Assembly: GCA_051532035.1 (NCBI GenBank)
Contig: JAOPTW010000037.1
Span: forward strand, 33,749 to 97,748
Direction of reading: 5' to 3'
Origin: Fibrobacterales bacterium
Lineage (GTDB): Bacteria > Fibrobacterota > Fibrobacteria > Fibrobacterales > JAOPTW01
DNA length: 64,000 nucleotides
Below, in pieces: positions 60,694 through 64,000 of the stretch. The translations under genes and the position numbers were made by a program. Below the pieces are notes generated by a model. That model was not told the origin of the DNA. It saw only the letters and a program-made list of their open reading frames with translations, and made no database searches. The stretch's first letter is position 1; every line of letters begins with the position of its first letter.

Positions 60694-60842
60694 TTTCATT
60701 TCAATGTACCCGTTCGCAAGTTGGCGAACGCTTATAACGTAATCCCTCTGATGAGGGAAAAATATTCAAAGATGATAATCTACCTTTTGGACCGGAGACA
60801 TCAGATACACTGACGCTCCTGTAATTATTCAAAAGGAAAATC

Positions 60843-62540
60843 ATGATTATACGGTTCCTTAAAGACAAATTGGTCTTTATCCTATTTCTTTTCTGTGTAA
60901 CGTCGGTATCAGCACAGACCTATACTAATGTGTCTAAGTTTAAACCAACCACAGCATCGTCTCATGAGTCGGCTCAATATAGTTCTGCTAAAGCGAATGA
61001 TGGGGATAATACGAATACCCGTTGGGCCTCATCATTTAATGATAATCAATGGTGGCAGGTTGACTTAGGGGCGCCGACACGCATCGAACGAATTAAGATA
61101 TACTGGGAAGGCGCCTATGCCCAAGAGTATAAAATTGTAGCCTCTAATGATGAATCGGTATGGACTCATATTGCAATTTCTCAAAATGGCGACGGAGGTA
61201 TCGATGAACATATTGCTTCAATGGGCATCTTTCAATATGTGAGAATACTCTGTGAAAAGAGAGCCACAGTGTATGGTTCTTCATTTTATGAATTTAAGGT
61301 ATATACCAGCGACGCTCCGGAGCACCAAATTTTTTATGATCCAACACCGGGTGGAACTATTTCAGGTGCTTCATCGGTGAGTGACGGCGGTGACGTATAT
61401 ATATCACATACGGAAAAACCTGGGTACACCTATGGTGGCTTTAGGATAGTTACTGGCAATGCTGGAAATGGTGTTGATCATATTTATGGTGTTTTCTCAG
61501 ATGTGTACCTCGAAGGGATATTCATTGCCGATCCTACGCATACCATTACCTATCAATCGTCAGTAGGGGGGACTGTTTCTGGTCCAAGTTCCGTTGTAGA
61601 AAATGGAACCGTATCTTTAACTAATTCTGTAAATGCTGGCTATACCTTTACTGGATATCGTATTGTATCAGGTACAGCAACGCTTTCAGGTAATCAATTG
61701 TCAAATGTGGCGTCCAATATTACTCTTGAAGGCCAATTTGCGAGTCAGACATTTCCGATAAGCTATATAAATGATGGTAATGGTGTTGTTACCGGACCTG
61801 CTACCGTAGTGTATAATGGAACTGTTTCATTAGCAAGTACTGCTAATACGGGGTATGTATTCGATAGATATGAAATTGTATCGGGGAGTGCTACACTTTC
61901 GGGGGATCAGTTAATCAATGTGACTTCGGCCGTTACAGTGAATGGGGTGTTTACCCAAAGTTCTAGTCCAGCGGTTATACAGGGAGAAATGACTGATTGG
62001 CGTGATGGTAAGACATATAAGACTGTTACCATCGGTACTCTAACTTGGATGGCGGAGAATTTGAATTTTGAAACAGCAATGTCTTCATGCTACAATGATA
62101 TTGACGCTAATTGTGCAATTACGGGGCAATTCTATTCATGGGATGAAGTTGTCCCTACTTCTCCTAGACTATGTCCTGGGGGTTTTAATACCTGGCGAAT
62201 GCCAACTAAAGACGATTGGAATGAATTGCTTACTTATGTTGCTGCAAATAGTAATTCTGGAACAGCGAAGAGTTTGAGGTCGCCCAAAAGATGGGATTGG
62301 GGGTATGGTATAGGGGATGATACATTTAAATTTTCTGCTCTTCCAGGGGGAGCAAAGAACGGTTTGTGGGGCTGGGCAGGGAGCATAGCTTCATGGTGGA
62401 GCTCTACAGAGCATGACACTGATGAGGCTTGGAGAATGTACATTAATGGTACCAGAGATGGGCACATAAGCAAAATGCCTAAGTCTATCAGAGTTTCTGT
62501 TCGTTGCGTAACTGATCACGTACCTCCTACAATGCCTTAA
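60843..62540 (+). CDS. Secreted protein: F5/8 type C (CBM32), about 3 B-repeats, FISUMP domain
   Basis: Signal peptide; A.DGD..TRWAS...QWWQVDLG; GY.F.GY.IVSG repeats; TDWRDGKTYKTVTIGTLTWMAENLNF...FSALPGG...WWSS...SVRC. Confidence 0.88.
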   Translation: MIIRFLKDKLVFILFLFCVTSVSAQTYTNVSKFKPTTASSHESAQYSSAKANDGDNTNTRWASSFNDNQWWQVDLGAPTRIERIKIYWEGAYAQEYKIVASNDESVWTHIAISQNGDGGIDEHIASMGIFQYVRILCEKRATVYGSSFYEFKVYTSDAPEHQIFYDPTPGGTISGASSVSDGGDVYISHTEKPGYTYGGFRIVTGNAGNGVDHIYGVFSDVYLEGIFIADPTHTITYQSSVGGTVSGPSSVVENGTVSLTNSVNAGYTFTGYRIVSGTATLSGNQLSNVASNITLEGQFASQTFPISYINDGNGVVTGPATVVYNGTVSLASTANTGYVFDRYEIVSGSATLSGDQLINVTSAVTVNGVFTQSSSPAVIQGEMTDWRDGKTYKTVTIGTLTWMAENLNFETAMSSCYNDIDANCAITGQFYSWDEVVPTSPRLCPGGFNTWRMPTKDDWNELLTYVAANSNSGTAKSLRSPKRWDWGYGIGDDTFKFSALPGGAKNGLWGWAGSIASWWSSTEHDTDEAWRMYINGTRDGHISKMPKSIRVSVRCVTDHVPPTMP

Positions 62541-62700
62541 CGATAAAGCCCCTATGAGTAGAGGGGAGGGGTGGAATGTATTGAATAGGGTTTAATGCAT
62601 TAGTTGTTCACTTACTTGCGAATGGCTATTACATCCTTCCTCTCGCTCATAGATACTATATGTGGTTCATCTTTAATATTTATTTAACCGAGCTTTATGT

Positions 62701-63867
62701 ATGTCACTATTCAATCCGAATATTAGTAACCCATTTGATGAAGAAGAAGGTAAAGGAGCACAAGATACATTGGTAGCACTCACAGATGCTCGGTTTGTTT
62801 CACCCGATGATATTCCTCTAGATTCAGACGCTGAAGTACAGGTTTCTGTCGAATACCTCACAGATAGAACGCCGCGCGATATTTCATTTATGGTCATGGC
62901 AAAATGTGACGGTGAGATTGAAAGAGGGGCGCCAGTCCAAGGAAGTATCAGCAATGGTGTTGCATCTGCAACTGTTCAAATTGTAACCCACATGGGCTTT
63001 TATTTTAATCCAGATGGGACAGAGCGTAATAGAATTGAATATAGTGTTGTTGCAAGCTGTAATGATGATGGGACTGAACTTGCGAGTGATACCATTGTTT
63101 TACCTAAAAGAGCGTTGACTATTGATATGGTTGAGGTAGTGGATAAGGTCTTCAATTCTAATAGTGCTGTTCCTTGTCTGGATAGCGAAGGATCTTTGGT
63201 TGCCTCTATTGCAACCTGTTTTAAGCACATGGACGAATGGCCCGATAAAGAGGTTTTGGTGTACGGCCATACCGATACGACAGGGGAGGATGACTATAAT
63301 TTTGGTCTCTCAGAATATCGGTCAAAGGCAATAAAAGCACTCCTTAATGATGATACATCTCTTTGGAATGAGGTTGCAGAAGCTCATAGTTCAGTGATTG
63401 ATTATCAGACAATATTAAAATCACTCTCGAGTCGTTATGGATGGTCTACGGACCCTGGCGTGGTTGATGGAGATGCTGGGTCCAATACAAACAGGGCACT
63501 CGAATCTTTTCAAAATAGATTTAATGATGAATTCTCAGGGACCTTGACGGTAGATGGGTGTATTGGGCCGGCGAGTTGGGGAGCAATCATGACCACGGTC
63601 CGTTCTTTTGCCGCCACAGACTCCGCAGTAAATATGACTCGGGTTCGGCCTATGTTTGTTCAGCCATTTGAGGGGGTATACCCCTGTGGTGAATCATTTC
63701 CTATCGAGAATACTGGGGTTGATGCGTTTGATTCAGAATCTAATAGGCGCGTTGAAATTCAATTTAGTGATCGACCTAATCCGCCTGTATTACCAACCCC
63801 TGTTGTTGGTCAAGAAGAATCTCTTGTGGTGTATGATTCTGATGTATGTGATTTGAGGTTTGTGTGA
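62701..63867 (+). CDS. OmpA-like domain protein with an inserted peptidoglycan-binding domain
   Basis: VYGHTDTTGEDDYNFGLSEYRSKAI ... CGESFP ... NRRVEI split by DPGVVDGDAGSNT..ALESFQ...L.VDG.IGPASW; no signal peptide. Confidence 0.8.
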   Translation: MSLFNPNISNPFDEEEGKGAQDTLVALTDARFVSPDDIPLDSDAEVQVSVEYLTDRTPRDISFMVMAKCDGEIERGAPVQGSISNGVASATVQIVTHMGFYFNPDGTERNRIEYSVVASCNDDGTELASDTIVLPKRALTIDMVEVVDKVFNSNSAVPCLDSEGSLVASIATCFKHMDEWPDKEVLVYGHTDTTGEDDYNFGLSEYRSKAIKALLNDDTSLWNEVAEAHSSVIDYQTILKSLSSRYGWSTDPGVVDGDAGSNTNRALESFQNRFNDEFSGTLTVDGCIGPASWGAIMTTVRSFAATDSAVNMTRVRPMFVQPFEGVYPCGESFPIENTGVDAFDSESNRRVEIQFSDRPNPPVLPTPVVGQEESLVVYDSDVCDLRFV

Positions 63868-64000
63868 GTAACGGTGAATGCGGTAGAGGGAAGAGCGTTT
63901 ATTGTTCTTGAAGATGCATCTATTAGCATATAGAGCCTCAGAAGCTTTATTGCCTCTCTAACCATTTATCTGCTTTCTCCCCCCCTTGTCTCAGGTCAAA

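Noticed and set aside
60708..60760. Small hairpins (cgttcgc-aagttg-gcgaacg; tccctc-tgat-gaggga) as an ncRNA
   Set aside because: Short stems with no recognisable family features; at most weak terminators or processing sites
303..63856. Many 60-180 aa ORFs overlapping the long genes on the opposite strand or in other frames
   Set aside because: They are shadow ORFs with no recognisable motifs, nested in well-supported CDSs

Overview
AT-rich, gene-dense bacterial window. Two FISUMP-domain proteins and several Ser-linker lipoproteins suggest Fibrobacterota or another FCB-group organism (inference). I found no rRNA, tRNA, CRISPR array, transposase or integrase. Two uncharacterised-looking biosynthetic loci stand out. 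(1) An 8-gene, translationally coupled operon at 1630-13659 encodes a class I HMG-CoA-reductase-like enzyme, a UbiA prenyltransferase, a rifampin-phosphotransferase-like PEP-utilising kinase, a BtaA/DUF3419 SAM-dependent transferase, a phytol/dolichol-kinase-like membrane protein, a GNAT, an OleC-like AMP ligase and an MMPL exporter. It is bracketed by a 28-bp near-perfect direct repeat and looks like a complete pathway for an unusual (possibly ether- or prenyl-linked) amino-lipid. (2) A 3-gene operon at 34912-44173 encodes a single-module, fungal-style highly reducing PKS (KS-AT-DH-cMT-ER-KR-ACP, no TE), a radical SAM enzyme and a putative FeeM/LuxI-fold acyltransferase. The rest of the window holds a CheR/CheB plus hybrid-kinase plus HD-GYP signalling operon, SixA, a TonB-dependent receptor, a degenerate HD-GYP protein, an M14-like peptidase, secreted polysaccharide-associated proteins (M6 protease with 3 CBM4-like domains, CE2-like esterase, cellobiose 2-epimerase, tandem ricin lectin, CBM32-FISUMP), an MCP, RluA, a divergent paralog pair and two pseudogene remnants. 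All calls come from reading motifs by eye; no searches were run.
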